A stretch of 64,000 nt of DNA, from assembly GCA_963667425.1 (NCBI GenBank), contig OY763407.1, positions 1,930,281 to 1,994,280 on the forward strand, given 5' to 3'. Source of the DNA: a bacterium. Its GTDB lineage: Bacteria; UBP6; UBA1177; G963667425. Made by a program: the position numbers and the translations under genes. This document shows positions 9,869 through 19,564 of this stretch, piece by piece. The notes below the pieces were generated by a model. That model was not told the DNA's origin and did not search any database. It was given only the letters and a program-made list of their open reading frames with translations. The first letter of the stretch is position 1, and each line of letters begins with the position of its first letter.

Positions 9869-10348
9869 TTAATAGTACCTTAAAAAAGCCTGATCGCCTA
9901 CTTTAAGGTTTAAAGAGTCATAAGAATTTACTTCGAGAACAAAAACTGTACTTACTTTGCTGTAAACAGGAATCATTGAGAATGGTTTTCCATATTCTAT
10001 CGAATTTATTTTCATGTTCATGTCAAAATAAATTATAGAAAGGGGAATTTGTGTATCTTTCATCCAGAATGCACGCCTTTCAGGTACATCAAACAGAAAG
10101 AAAAGTCCTCTTTCCTTTGACAGTAACTGACAATTCATCAGCCCCTGTTTATGTTCCTGAGGTGTTTCAGCTATCCCTGACTGAAAAGTTTTTATCAGCT
10201 TTCCTTCTCTTTTTATTTCTATTTCAACTTCATTTTTGTATCCGCATATAGTTTCAGCAGAAACTACGAAAGAAAAAAATATAAGAAAAAGAGTTAAAAT
10301 AATAAGAAAAAATTTTCTGTATAAAAGCATTGATTTTAAGTAATTCAA
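9869..10348 (-). CDS. DUF192 (COG1430) family exported protein
   Basis: Signal peptide, then conserved DUF192 blocks (QGLMN, FWMKDTQIPLSIIYFD, VFVLEV). Its stop is 1 nt from the MATE start. Confidence 0.6.
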   Translation of the reverse strand: MNYLKSMLLYRKFFLIILTLFLIFFSFVVSAETICGYKNEVEIEIKREGKLIKTFQSGIAETPQEHKQGLMNCQLLSKERGLFFLFDVPERRAFWMKDTQIPLSIIYFDMNMKINSIEYGKPFSMIPVYSKVSTVFVLEVNSYDSLNLKVGDQAFLRYY

Positions 10349-10538
10349 ATGAAAAAACCTTAAAAATTAACCGGAAGAATAATATTCATAGAGGTAAAAA
10401 TTACAATTTTTTATAGTTATATAGGGCATTTTCAGAATTTTGTCCTTAAATAGAATCAATCTATTTTAAAATAATTGAGATTTTTTTTAAAACTTTGTAC
10501 AATCGACAAGGTTTTTGCTTTATGGAGGTACTTTTAAA

Positions 10539-11420
10539 ATGAAAAAATCAACTATTATTGCATTACTGCTTATTATTCTTGCTATTCCGGTTTTGTTTTT
10601 TTCAAGAAAGGTCATGATAGAATCTCCAAGAGAAGAGATAGAAACTATTGATTCTCTGCCTGAACCTGAATTTGCAAAAATAATGTTTCTTGGCTTTGAT
10701 GCTCTTGCTGCAGATTTTCTTTACACAAGACTTCAGTATTATTTTGGCGGTCATTATATAACAGATCACTCTTTTCCTCTTATGGAAAGATGGGTCGGAG
10801 TTGTTATGGCTCTTAATCCGACACTTAAGTTCATTATAAGGTTTGGAGACTCGGTTTTATCGTCAATCAGCAGCGATGGAGAAGAAGCAGTACTTGCCGC
10901 AAACAGAATACTTGATTTGGGTCACAAACTTTATCCTGATGATTACGAATTTGTATTTAGAAAAGGCTACAATTATTTCTATGCGCTTAAAGATATGAAA
11001 AAAGCTTATCCCCTTATGTATGAAGGGTCAAGAATGAAGGGCGCTCCCGAAAATCTTTTCTGGCTTGTAACACAGGTGACATTTAAAGGGGGCGATTATA
11101 AATTGGGTCTTACTTTTGCCAAACAGCGTTACGATAATGAAAAAGATCCTAAAATGAAAGAGGCTTTTTTAACAAGAATTAAATTTTTCTCAAATCTGAT
11201 TGCTCTTACCGATGCAGTTCAGGAATATGAGAACAAAACCGGCAAAACTCCCGATAAGGATCTTAAATCACTTATAACTTCAGGCATAATCAAGGAAATA
11301 CCGGAGCATCCTTACGGTGGTTCATACTTTTATGACGAGAAGGACGGCAAAGTTAAATCAACTGAAGATTTTTATATAAGAAAAAATAAAAAAACAGCAT
11401 CGGAAGGTAAAAATGGCTGA
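10539..11420 (+). CDS. Hypothetical exported protein
   Basis: ATG at 10539 preceded by GGAGG (track start is an upstream TTG). N-terminal signal/TM segment (MKKSTIIALLLIILAIPVLFF). No recognisable motif. Overlaps the Hsp20 start by 8 nt. Confidence 0.5.
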   Translation: MKKSTIIALLLIILAIPVLFFSRKVMIESPREEIETIDSLPEPEFAKIMFLGFDALAADFLYTRLQYYFGGHYITDHSFPLMERWVGVVMALNPTLKFIIRFGDSVLSSISSDGEEAVLAANRILDLGHKLYPDDYEFVFRKGYNYFYALKDMKKAYPLMYEGSRMKGAPENLFWLVTQVTFKGGDYKLGLTFAKQRYDNEKDPKMKEAFLTRIKFFSNLIALTDAVQEYENKTGKTPDKDLKSLITSGIIKEIPEHPYGGSYFYDEKDGKVKSTEDFYIRKNKKTASEGKNG

Positions 11421-11850
11421 TAAATATGATAATTTAAGACTTTTCCGAAGATTTGCCGAAGTTAGAGATGAACTTGAAAATCTTGTAAATGCTTTTCTTG
11501 CACCTCTTCAGGTTCAATCGGGCAAGAATATTCATTTTCCTATGGATATTTATGTAGAAAATGGCAGTCTGATAATAGAAATAGAAATGCCTGGAGTCGA
11601 AAGGGAATCTTTTACTCTGGAAGCAGCATCTTCTTTTCTCCAGATCAGCGGCAGAAAAGATACTTTAAAAAGAAAATATCAGACATGTCTTTCACTGGAA
11701 AGGGAAAGCGGAGCTTTTCATAAAATAGTTTATCTTGAAAAATCTGTAAATTTTGCAAAAGCCCAGACGGTTCTCGATAATGGAATCCTCACTATAACTA
11801 TTCCATTAATTGAAGAAAGAAGAAAAAGAAAAACCATAGATATAGTATGA
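11413..11850 (+). CDS. Hsp20/alpha-crystallin family small heat-shock protein
   Basis: Alpha-crystallin domain signature (PMDIYVENGSLIIEIEMPGVERESF ... ILTITIP). Confidence 0.75.
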   Translation: MADKYDNLRLFRRFAEVRDELENLVNAFLAPLQVQSGKNIHFPMDIYVENGSLIIEIEMPGVERESFTLEAASSFLQISGRKDTLKRKYQTCLSLERESGAFHKIVYLEKSVNFAKAQTVLDNGILTITIPLIEERRKRKTIDIV

Positions 11851-11869
11851 TAAAACAGAGGTAGAAAAA

Positions 11870-14191
11870 ATGGAAACAACAAGAATTCCGTTACTGGTAT
11901 TAAAAGACTCCATTCTTTTTCCCGGAATGATAATGCCGGTATTTGTGAGTCGTAATTTTTCTATTGCGAGCGTCAATATGGCGGTTTCAAATGACAGAAG
12001 AATTATGGTGCTGGCTCAGAAAAATTCCGATAGTAAAGAAATAGCTACCGATACAGTATATAAAATAGGTACTGTCGCAAGTGTTCTTAAAATGCAGACA
12101 CTTTATGACGGACATATCAAGCTTCTTATTCAGGGCGGAGAAAAAATGTATGTCGAGTCGGTTGAATATGATGATGAAGCCGGCTGTTATTTTGCGAACA
12201 TAAGAGAGCTTGAAGAGATAAAGGAAACCGAAAACACAGTTGCTATTGAGGCAATGATAAAAAACATCAGAGATAATCTTGAAAAGCTTGCCAATATGGG
12301 CAGTAAAGTTTTTACCCGTGATATAATTAATATCCTTAAAAACATAACTGAACCGGCAAGACTTGCCGAGCTTATAATAAGTAACGTTTCTGCGCCTATT
12401 GAAACTTCTCAGGCAATTCTTGAAGAAACTAATTCATTAAAAAAGCTTGAATATGTCAACGATTATATCTTCAGAGAACTCTCTTTAATGGAAGTTCAGA
12501 CAGATATTCAGACAAAGGCAAAGGAAAAACTGGGACAGGCTCAAAAGGAATACTTCTTAAGAGCTCAGATGAAACAGATTCAGCAGGAACTTGGTAATGA
12601 CGACCCTTATGCTGCTGAAATTGAAGAATACGAAAACAAATTAAGGGAAAAAGAACTCCCTGAAAATGTAAGAGAAGAAGCGGAAAAGCAGATAACAAGG
12701 CTTAGAGGTATGAGTCCTTCTCAATCTGAAGCGCCTGTAATAAAAAATTATCTTGATATACTTCTTGAACTCCCATGGAGCGAAAAAAGCATAGACAATA
12801 AAGATATTAACAGAGCCAAAGAGATTCTCGAAGAAGATCATTACGGTCTTGAAGATATAAAGGAGAGAATACTTGAATTTCTTGCAGTGCGTCAGGTAAA
12901 AAACAACAGCAAAACGCCTATCCTTTGTTTTATCGGGCCTCCCGGAGTAGGAAAAACATCTCTTGGACGTTCAATATCAAGAGCACTTGACAGAAAATTC
13001 TTCCGTCAGTCCTTCGGAGGTCTTCACGATGAAGCTGAAATAAGGGGACACAGAAGAACATACGTAGGTGCAATGCCTGGAAAAATAATTGAAGGGATTA
13101 AATCTGTCGGTGTAAAGAATCCGGTATTTATGCTGGATGAAATAGATAAAGTAGGAAATGATTTCAAAGGAGATCCAAGTTCAGCATTACTGGAAGTGCT
13201 TGATCCTGAACAGAATTATGCTTTTAAAGATAACTACCTTGGAATACCTTTTGATTTAAGTGAAGTTTTCTTTATTGCAACAGCAAACTGGGAAGAAACT
13301 ATTCCTGCTCCGCTTAAAGACAGAATGGAAATAATAAGACTTTCAGGTTATACAGATCTTGAAAAAATAGAAATCTCAAAAACATATCTAATTCCGAGAC
13401 AGCTTGATAACAACGGGCTTGAATCAGATGAAATACATTTTACAGATGAAGCAATACTCTTTCTCATAAGAAGATACACTAAAGAATCAGGAGTAAGAAA
13501 CCTTGAAAGAACAATAGGCTCAATTTGCAGAAAAACAGTTGTAAAAAAAGTAAGTGATAAACCATATTCAAAGAAAATAACTCCTGAAGTTGCAAAAGAA
13601 CTTCTAAAAGAACCTCCATTTAGTGATAAACAATTGGATAAAACCCCTCAGGTTGGCGTAGTGAACGGCCTGGCATGGACAATGTTTGGTGGAGATACAC
13701 TTAAAATTGAAGTCAACAGTATGCCTGGAAAAGGAAGTCTCATTCTTACAGGTCAGCTTGGCGATGTTATGAAAGAATCTGCAAGAATTGCTCTTTCATA
13801 CATCAAAAGCAATACTGAAAAATTCTCTCTTCCTGAAGGATTTGACACCGATTTAATTGATATTCACATTCACGTTCCGGCTGGAGCAGTTCCAAAAGAC
13901 GGCCCTTCAGCAGGTGTAACAATAACAACGGCTCTTCTTTCTCTGTTCTTAAAAAAAGCTGTAGATCCTTACACAGCAATGACTGGTGAAATAAGTTTGA
14001 CCGGCAAAGTTCTCCCCATCGGAGGGCTTAGAGAAAAACTTCTTGCAGCTAAAAGAAATGGAATAAAAAGAGTTATAATTCCTGAAGATAATAAATCACT
14101 GTATGAAAGTGTTCCTGAGGAAATCAAGGAATCTATAGAGATAGTATTTGTTGAAGAGTACAGTGAAATATTTAAAGTCCTTTTTATCTAA
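11870..14191 (+). CDS. lon: ATP-dependent Lon protease
   Basis: N-terminal LON domain, AAA+ Walker A (GPPGVGKTS), Walker B (MLDEIDK), and protease Ser-Lys dyad region (PKDGPSAG ... TGEISLTGKVLPIGG). Confidence 0.95.
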   Translation: METTRIPLLVLKDSILFPGMIMPVFVSRNFSIASVNMAVSNDRRIMVLAQKNSDSKEIATDTVYKIGTVASVLKMQTLYDGHIKLLIQGGEKMYVESVEYDDEAGCYFANIRELEEIKETENTVAIEAMIKNIRDNLEKLANMGSKVFTRDIINILKNITEPARLAELIISNVSAPIETSQAILEETNSLKKLEYVNDYIFRELSLMEVQTDIQTKAKEKLGQAQKEYFLRAQMKQIQQELGNDDPYAAEIEEYENKLREKELPENVREEAEKQITRLRGMSPSQSEAPVIKNYLDILLELPWSEKSIDNKDINRAKEILEEDHYGLEDIKERILEFLAVRQVKNNSKTPILCFIGPPGVGKTSLGRSISRALDRKFFRQSFGGLHDEAEIRGHRRTYVGAMPGKIIEGIKSVGVKNPVFMLDEIDKVGNDFKGDPSSALLEVLDPEQNYAFKDNYLGIPFDLSEVFFIATANWEETIPAPLKDRMEIIRLSGYTDLEKIEISKTYLIPRQLDNNGLESDEIHFTDEAILFLIRRYTKESGVRNLERTIGSICRKTVVKKVSDKPYSKKITPEVAKELLKEPPFSDKQLDKTPQVGVVNGLAWTMFGGDTLKIEVNSMPGKGSLILTGQLGDVMKESARIALSYIKSNTEKFSLPEGFDTDLIDIHIHVPAGAVPKDGPSAGVTITTALLSLFLKKAVDPYTAMTGEISLTGKVLPIGGLREKLLAAKRNGIKRVIIPEDNKSLYESVPEEIKESIEIVFVEEYSEIFKVLFI

Positions 14192-14196
14192 AAAAC

Positions 14197-15102
14197 ATGT
14201 CTGATAAAACTGAATGGTCTTTCATACAGCTTTCTGCAGGAAAGAATAATCCTTATATTGGCGATGACTGTGTTTATCTGAAAGATGAAAACCTTTTAAT
14301 CACGACCGATCATATGGTTGAAAATGTCCATTTTGATTTTTCATTCATGACTCCCGAAGAAGTTGGAAAAAGACTTATGGCGGCAAATACAAGCGATATA
14401 ATTTCAATGGGAGGAACAGCAGAAAAATACCTTCTTAACATAGCAATACCTAAAGAAAGATCTGAAGAAGGAAAAAAAATCATAGAAGGAATAAACAAAT
14501 ATGCAGAAAAACACAGTCTGATGCCGATTGGAGGAGATACAACTGGTGGAGCACTCTTTTTTATCGGTATAACAATGTTTGGAAAACCTAACGGAAAGAT
14601 TTTAACAAGAAATGGATGCAGAGCTGGAGATAAAATTGCCATTCCAAATGCTTATCCCGGACTTTCAAAAGCAGGTCTTATAAACCTTCAGAAAAAACGG
14701 GAAGGATTTGAAGAAAGCAAAAAAAGATTTCTTACTCCTGAACCTTACGATTTCATTTTTGCAAATAAAGACATCAATGGAGCAATAGATATCAGCGATG
14801 GACTCTACTCGGAGCTTAAGCTGCTATCTGAAATGAGTAAAGTTGAAATAGAAGTAGATATTGACAAAATACCTGTTCATGAAGAAATCAGAAAAACTGC
14901 CGAACTTGAAAATTTAAATATTACTGCATTTTTACTCGGAAGCGGTGAAGAATTTTTCACAATGGTATCAGCCGAGAAAATTCCTGAAGGGTGGATAGAA
15001 ATAGGATACGTGAAACAGAAATCAGAGAAAGGAAAATTAACCATAAAGAATGGAAACGAAACTATTTTGTTTGATGAAAAGCACCTTTATTCACATTTCT
15101 GA
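14197..15102 (+). CDS. thiL: Thiamine-monophosphate kinase (AIR synthase-related family)
   Basis: Blocks matching ThiL: GDDCVYL, TTDHMVENVHF, AANTSDIISMGG, IGGDTT, DISDGL, GSGEEF. Confidence 0.75.
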   Translation: MSDKTEWSFIQLSAGKNNPYIGDDCVYLKDENLLITTDHMVENVHFDFSFMTPEEVGKRLMAANTSDIISMGGTAEKYLLNIAIPKERSEEGKKIIEGINKYAEKHSLMPIGGDTTGGALFFIGITMFGKPNGKILTRNGCRAGDKIAIPNAYPGLSKAGLINLQKKREGFEESKKRFLTPEPYDFIFANKDINGAIDISDGLYSELKLLSEMSKVEIEVDIDKIPVHEEIRKTAELENLNITAFLLGSGEEFFTMVSAEKIPEGWIEIGYVKQKSEKGKLTIKNGNETILFDEKHLYSHF

Positions 15103-15112
15103 TGAGGTTAAG

Positions 15113-15598
15113 ATGAAATCGTTCTACATTTTTCTTTTCATGATTTTAACTTGTTTTACAACTTCCTGCGATGACTCTGAAGATGAGACATGGAGAGATC
15201 CTGAGACAGGATATACATGGTCATCAAAAGTTAGAGATAAAACATGGAACGAAGCAGTGGAATACTGCAACAATCTTTCAGAAGGGGGCCACAAAGACTG
15301 GTTACTTCCAACAATATCCAAATTAAGAACACTTATAACTTCATGCAGCGCAACAGTAACTGGAGGCACATGTAAAGTCTCGGATACCTGCCTTCTTTCA
15401 TCATGTAAAGATGAAAACTGCAATGGATGCACAGATCTTCCTGATGGATATTCTAAACTTGGAGACACAGAAGGATTCTGGTCATCATCAACCAACAGTG
15501 ATCTTGATGAAAGCGTTTGGGTAATTTATATAGGTTTTGCAAAAATAGATTACATTCAGCAGGAAGGGTTTAGAAAAACTGTCAGATGCGTAAGATAA
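15113..15598 (+). CDS. DUF1566 (Lcl C-terminal domain)-like Cys-rich lipoprotein
   Basis: Start at internal ATG 15113 (MKSFYIFLFMILTCFTTSCDDSEDE); lipobox followed by acidic residues; WNEAVEYCNNLSEGGHKDWLLPTISKL resembles the DUF1566 core. Confidence 0.5.
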   Translation: MKSFYIFLFMILTCFTTSCDDSEDETWRDPETGYTWSSKVRDKTWNEAVEYCNNLSEGGHKDWLLPTISKLRTLITSCSATVTGGTCKVSDTCLLSSCKDENCNGCTDLPDGYSKLGDTEGFWSSSTNSDLDESVWVIYIGFAKIDYIQQEGFRKTVRCVR

Positions 15599-15609
15599 AG
15601 GCTACAGAT

Positions 15610-16611
15610 TTACTTTCCAAAAGGTTCATTGACTATCCACTTTCCATCTTCATTTTTCAGAGCTGCTTTTGTTACTTCCGGTTTTTGTCTATTTATAAGT
15701 AATCTAAGTTTTGTTGCATCTATCAGAAAATGATAATCTGTATCACTGTCTCCTGCTGCAAAAACTGTTCTGTTATTTATATTTTCTGAAGGATAAACAG
15801 CTTCTTTTCCTGTTATTTTAAAAATCACTTCATTTATCCAGCATCTTTTACCAAGTCTGTAAGTTATAAGAGTGTTTTCTTTAAAAGGACCAGCTCCTTG
15901 TAAAGAATTTTGAATAATCCCATTTTTTATTTCAGTACGCACACCTATAACTTTATTGTTTTCTATACCGGCAAGTTTGGCAAATGTTTCAACTAAAAGC
16001 TGTGGAGAAGCGCTAATTACCCATACTTCAAAACCATTTTCTTTAAGATTGTTTATCAGCCACTGCATTTCAGGATAAATATAGAGAGTTTTTTCTCTAA
16101 TTGCATCAGTTACAGCTTTTTCACATAAATTTTTCATTTCTTCAACAGAATAGCCAGCCATCATTTCAGCAAGTAATGCATAAGATGGTTCAAAAATATC
16201 AGGATCATAACCTGAAAAAACTTTGATGCCATCCGGTAAAACTGCTTTATAATAAACTTCGGAAAGGAATTTATTGCATTTCTGATTTCTGCTATTAATA
16301 AAACCATCTTTATTTTTACACTTTTTTTCAAATTCCATTACTGCCTTTTCAGTAATATAAGGAGAAATTTCTTTGAAATTCTGATATTTAAAATAACCTC
16401 TATCGAGCATCCACTGAAAGAAATAATCTCCAATATCGTTGTGAATCACTGTGTTATCCCAATCAAATGCGACAACAGCTCTTCCTGATTTCAGAGGTTT
16501 TTCTCTTTGGATAAAGTTATTTATAATTTCATAATTATTTTTATCCCAACCTGAGGCCATTAAATTATTTCCTATGAGTATTAATGTTACAAATAAAAAT
16601 ATTTTTTTCAT
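15610..16611 (-). CDS. Secreted HAD-superfamily hydrolase
   Basis: Signal peptide; HAD motif I (AFDWDNTV) and motif IV (AAGDSDTD). Confidence 0.65.
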   Translation of the reverse strand: MKKIFLFVTLILIGNNLMASGWDKNNYEIINNFIQREKPLKSGRAVVAFDWDNTVIHNDIGDYFFQWMLDRGYFKYQNFKEISPYITEKAVMEFEKKCKNKDGFINSRNQKCNKFLSEVYYKAVLPDGIKVFSGYDPDIFEPSYALLAEMMAGYSVEEMKNLCEKAVTDAIREKTLYIYPEMQWLINNLKENGFEVWVISASPQLLVETFAKLAGIENNKVIGVRTEIKNGIIQNSLQGAGPFKENTLITYRLGKRCWINEVIFKITGKEAVYPSENINNRTVFAAGDSDTDYHFLIDATKLRLLINRQKPEVTKAALKNEDGKWIVNEPFGK

Positions 16612-16818
16612 AAAGGCTTATTCTCTTTACCATAAATAATATTAAAATTATAGAGACCAATATTGTCAATTTTTTAGCAGCAAGTTAATTTTATATGTAT
16701 TTTAATGATAATTTTACCTTAAACTTGTTTTTTTAGAAGATGAAATATAATCTCATGGAATAAATCGGGACTTGTTGTTGTTTAAAATGAGTCTTGTAAA
16801 CTTTTATTGGAGCTTGAG

Positions 16819-17796
16819 ATGGACGCAACTTTCATTAATGAAAGAATTAAAGAAGAATATATCAATCTACGCACTTTAAAAAGTGAAATGCATAAGATAG
16901 TCGTGGGTCAGGAAGAGATGATAGACGCTCTGATTATGGCAGTAATTGGTGAAGGGCATATATTACTTGAAGGTGTTCCTGGCTTGGCAAAGACAACTGC
17001 TGTAAAAGCTTTTTCAAATGCTGTTGATCTCTCATTCAAAAGAATTCAGTTTACTCCTGATCTTCTTCCTGCTGATATTATAGGAAGCAGAATTTTTAAT
17101 ATGGAAAAACATGATTTTGATATAAAAAAGGGTGTTGTTTTTGCAAATGTTATTCTCGCTGACGAAATTAACCGTTCTCCAGCTAAAGTTCAAAGTGCAC
17201 TTCTTGAAGCAATGCAGGAAAGACATGTTACTATTGGAGACACCACTTTTAAACTCCCTGATCCTTTTATTGTTCTTGCAACTCAAAACCCTCTGGAGCA
17301 GGAAGGCACATATCCTCTTCCTGAAGCACAGGTTGACAGGTTTATGTTTAAAGTTCTAATTGATTATCCTACAAAAGAAGAGGAACTTTCAATTATAGAG
17401 AAGTTTGAGCACAATGAATTTGCGACAGTATTAAACAAAGTTGCTGATGTTTCCAGAATAAAACAGTGGAAAGATATCGTTTCATCAATTTATACTGATG
17501 AGAGAATAAAAAAATATGTTATTTCTCTGGTTTTTGAGACAAGAAACTCTGCCACCAAAGAGACAGCGGCGCTCATTGATGTCGGTTGCAGTCCAAGGGC
17601 GAGTATGAATCTTATTCTTGCTGGAAGAATAAAGGCTTTTATGGATGGAAGAAGTTTTGTAACACCTGAAGATATTAAAGAAGTCGCTTTCCCGGTAATG
17701 AGACACAGAATTATTCCAAGTTTTGAGGCTGAGGCTGAAAAAATCACTACAGATGAAATAATAAGAAAAATCCTTAATCAGGTTGAGGTTCCATAA
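16819..17796 (+). CDS. MoxR-family AAA+ ATPase
   Basis: Walker A GVPGLAKT, Walker B ILADEINR, sensor region, about 325 aa; ATG at 16819 with an upstream GGAG. Confidence 0.85.
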   Translation: MDATFINERIKEEYINLRTLKSEMHKIVVGQEEMIDALIMAVIGEGHILLEGVPGLAKTTAVKAFSNAVDLSFKRIQFTPDLLPADIIGSRIFNMEKHDFDIKKGVVFANVILADEINRSPAKVQSALLEAMQERHVTIGDTTFKLPDPFIVLATQNPLEQEGTYPLPEAQVDRFMFKVLIDYPTKEEELSIIEKFEHNEFATVLNKVADVSRIKQWKDIVSSIYTDERIKKYVISLVFETRNSATKETAALIDVGCSPRASMNLILAGRIKAFMDGRSFVTPEDIKEVAFPVMRHRIIPSFEAEAEKITTDEIIRKILNQVEVP

Positions 17797-17799
17797 AAT

Positions 17800-18615
17800 T
17801 TGAAAAAAATTAAAGCTATTCTCTCTCTCTACAGAAAAGATGTTTTTTCTGTAATCTTTGTTGTTTCGGTTATCGGTTTTTATGTTTCATATAAAGCTGT
17901 AAACTTGCAGTTTATATTAAAAGCTCTTTTCATAGCTGGTGTTTTATATAATTTTGTATATAGTGCAAATTCTATTTCAGATATAAGGGAAGATACGCTT
18001 AATAATAAGAAAAAGCCTTTAGTTACGGGTGCTCTTTCAGTTAAAACAGCGTATGTTTATTCATTTATTTTGATCATGGCATCCACACTGTTTTCTCCAT
18101 TTCTGTTTAACGGCTGGAATCTGCTTGCAGCTTATCTTGTTATTTTGATGGGGATTTTATATTCTTTTGGTAAAAATCCTCTTAAAAACAGACCTTTTTT
18201 GGCACCAATAGTTACTGGATGGGGAATTGTAAATCCACTTTTTATAACAGGAACTTCAGAAATCTTACCAATTGTTCCGGGGGCACTCCTCTTTACGATA
18301 GGAACAACGCTTTTAAAAGATTTGGCAGATAAAGAAGGCGACACTATTGCAGGAAGAAAAACAATAGCCACACTCTTTACAGCAAGAGATGTTACTAAAA
18401 TTACTTTTATACTTACGACAATAGCAACCATACTGATACTTTTTCAGAAATACTGGCAGGTAATGGTCATTCCTCTTTTTATAGCAGTAACTACTCTTAT
18501 TCATTTAATAAGGCATAACGACAGATACATTTCAAAAAATGTGTATAGGGATTCGAGACATATAACAATGCTATCTACTGTGATAACGTTACTGCTTATT
18601 ATCTTTTTTAATTAA
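17800..18615 (+). CDS. UbiA-family membrane prenyltransferase
   Basis: TTG start 3 nt after the MoxR stop. First Asp-rich motif (NSISDIREDTLNNKKKPLVTGALS) and second (KDLADKEGDTIAGRKT) typical of UbiA prenyltransferases; about 8 TM helices. Confidence 0.6.
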   Translation: MKKIKAILSLYRKDVFSVIFVVSVIGFYVSYKAVNLQFILKALFIAGVLYNFVYSANSISDIREDTLNNKKKPLVTGALSVKTAYVYSFILIMASTLFSPFLFNGWNLLAAYLVILMGILYSFGKNPLKNRPFLAPIVTGWGIVNPLFITGTSEILPIVPGALLFTIGTTLLKDLADKEGDTIAGRKTIATLFTARDVTKITFILTTIATILILFQKYWQVMVIPLFIAVTTLIHLIRHNDRYISKNVYRDSRHITMLSTVITLLLIIFFN

Positions 18616-19560
18616 TATATCATATATTTTTACAGAAACGCTATTTTCTTCATCATTGATAGAGAGAGCTTTAACTTCTTTTTCTCCTAAAAACGAAATA
18701 TTCATTCCAGTCATTGAGTCTATTTCTACAGGAAATCCAAGATCTTTTTGAACGTAAGTATGGGAATTCTGAGAAAAATATGTAAAGAAAGCATCTTCTT
18801 TTTTCACATAGAATATTGAGAAAGGAGCTTTTTCTGCATTAATGTAACTGGAAATGAAGTGCTGCTGATTCTTTTTACTATTAAGAGCATAAAGATTTAT
18901 CTGAATTCTGTTACCTCTGGGCATGATTGTGGAGAAAAGAATGCTGTCATCAACACACTGAATATTAAAGGGTGTCTCATCTGCGAGCATATCAAGTTTT
19001 AAAAGATATTCAGGATCTTTTGTTCTTTCTGCAATAGATCTGAGTTTTGCCATATATTCCACTTCGGCATCACTGTAATTTTTTGATGTTCCAATGAAAT
19101 AATTATCCCAGAAACTAAAATTAAGATCTGTTTTTGAAATGAAATATTTATTATTATCTTTCTCTTCCGATTTAAAAAGAAACCAGAGATTTTTATCTGA
19201 AAAAGATGAATCGAGAACAGAAACATTAGAAGGAAGTGTATAAGTGTTTTTTAAGGAATCTTTTTCAAAAATAAAAAGTTTAATTCCGGTATAACCCATA
19301 TTTTTGGAAACGACAATATCTCCATCAGTACTGACATAAAGGGGCGTTTGTCCTAAATGATTAAAAGGAAGGTCTTTTATTTCATTATCAGCAAAATAAG
19401 CCCACTTTTCAGATGAATACTGAACAATTTTAAAAATATTGTCAGAAAAAAGAGAAACACTGCAATCTTCGCCATTACATAAAATATCAGAAGAATATTC
19501 CTTGTTGCAGGAAAAGAAAAGAAATGTTATGAAAAGTATTAAGGTAATATATCGGAACAA
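18589..19560 (-). CDS. Hypothetical lipoprotein
   Basis: TTG start; signal peptide plus lipobox (FLFFSCNKEY). Begins 2 nt after the stop of the upstream ER/K-rich gene. Confidence 0.5.
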   Translation of the reverse strand: MFRYITLILFITFLFFSCNKEYSSDILCNGEDCSVSLFSDNIFKIVQYSSEKWAYFADNEIKDLPFNHLGQTPLYVSTDGDIVVSKNMGYTGIKLFIFEKDSLKNTYTLPSNVSVLDSSFSDKNLWFLFKSEEKDNNKYFISKTDLNFSFWDNYFIGTSKNYSDAEVEYMAKLRSIAERTKDPEYLLKLDMLADETPFNIQCVDDSILFSTIMPRGNRIQINLYALNSKKNQQHFISSYINAEKAPFSIFYVKKEDAFFTYFSQNSHTYVQKDLGFPVEIDSMTGMNISFLGEKEVKALSINDEENSVSVKIYDILIKKDNKQ

Positions 19561-19564
19561 AAGG

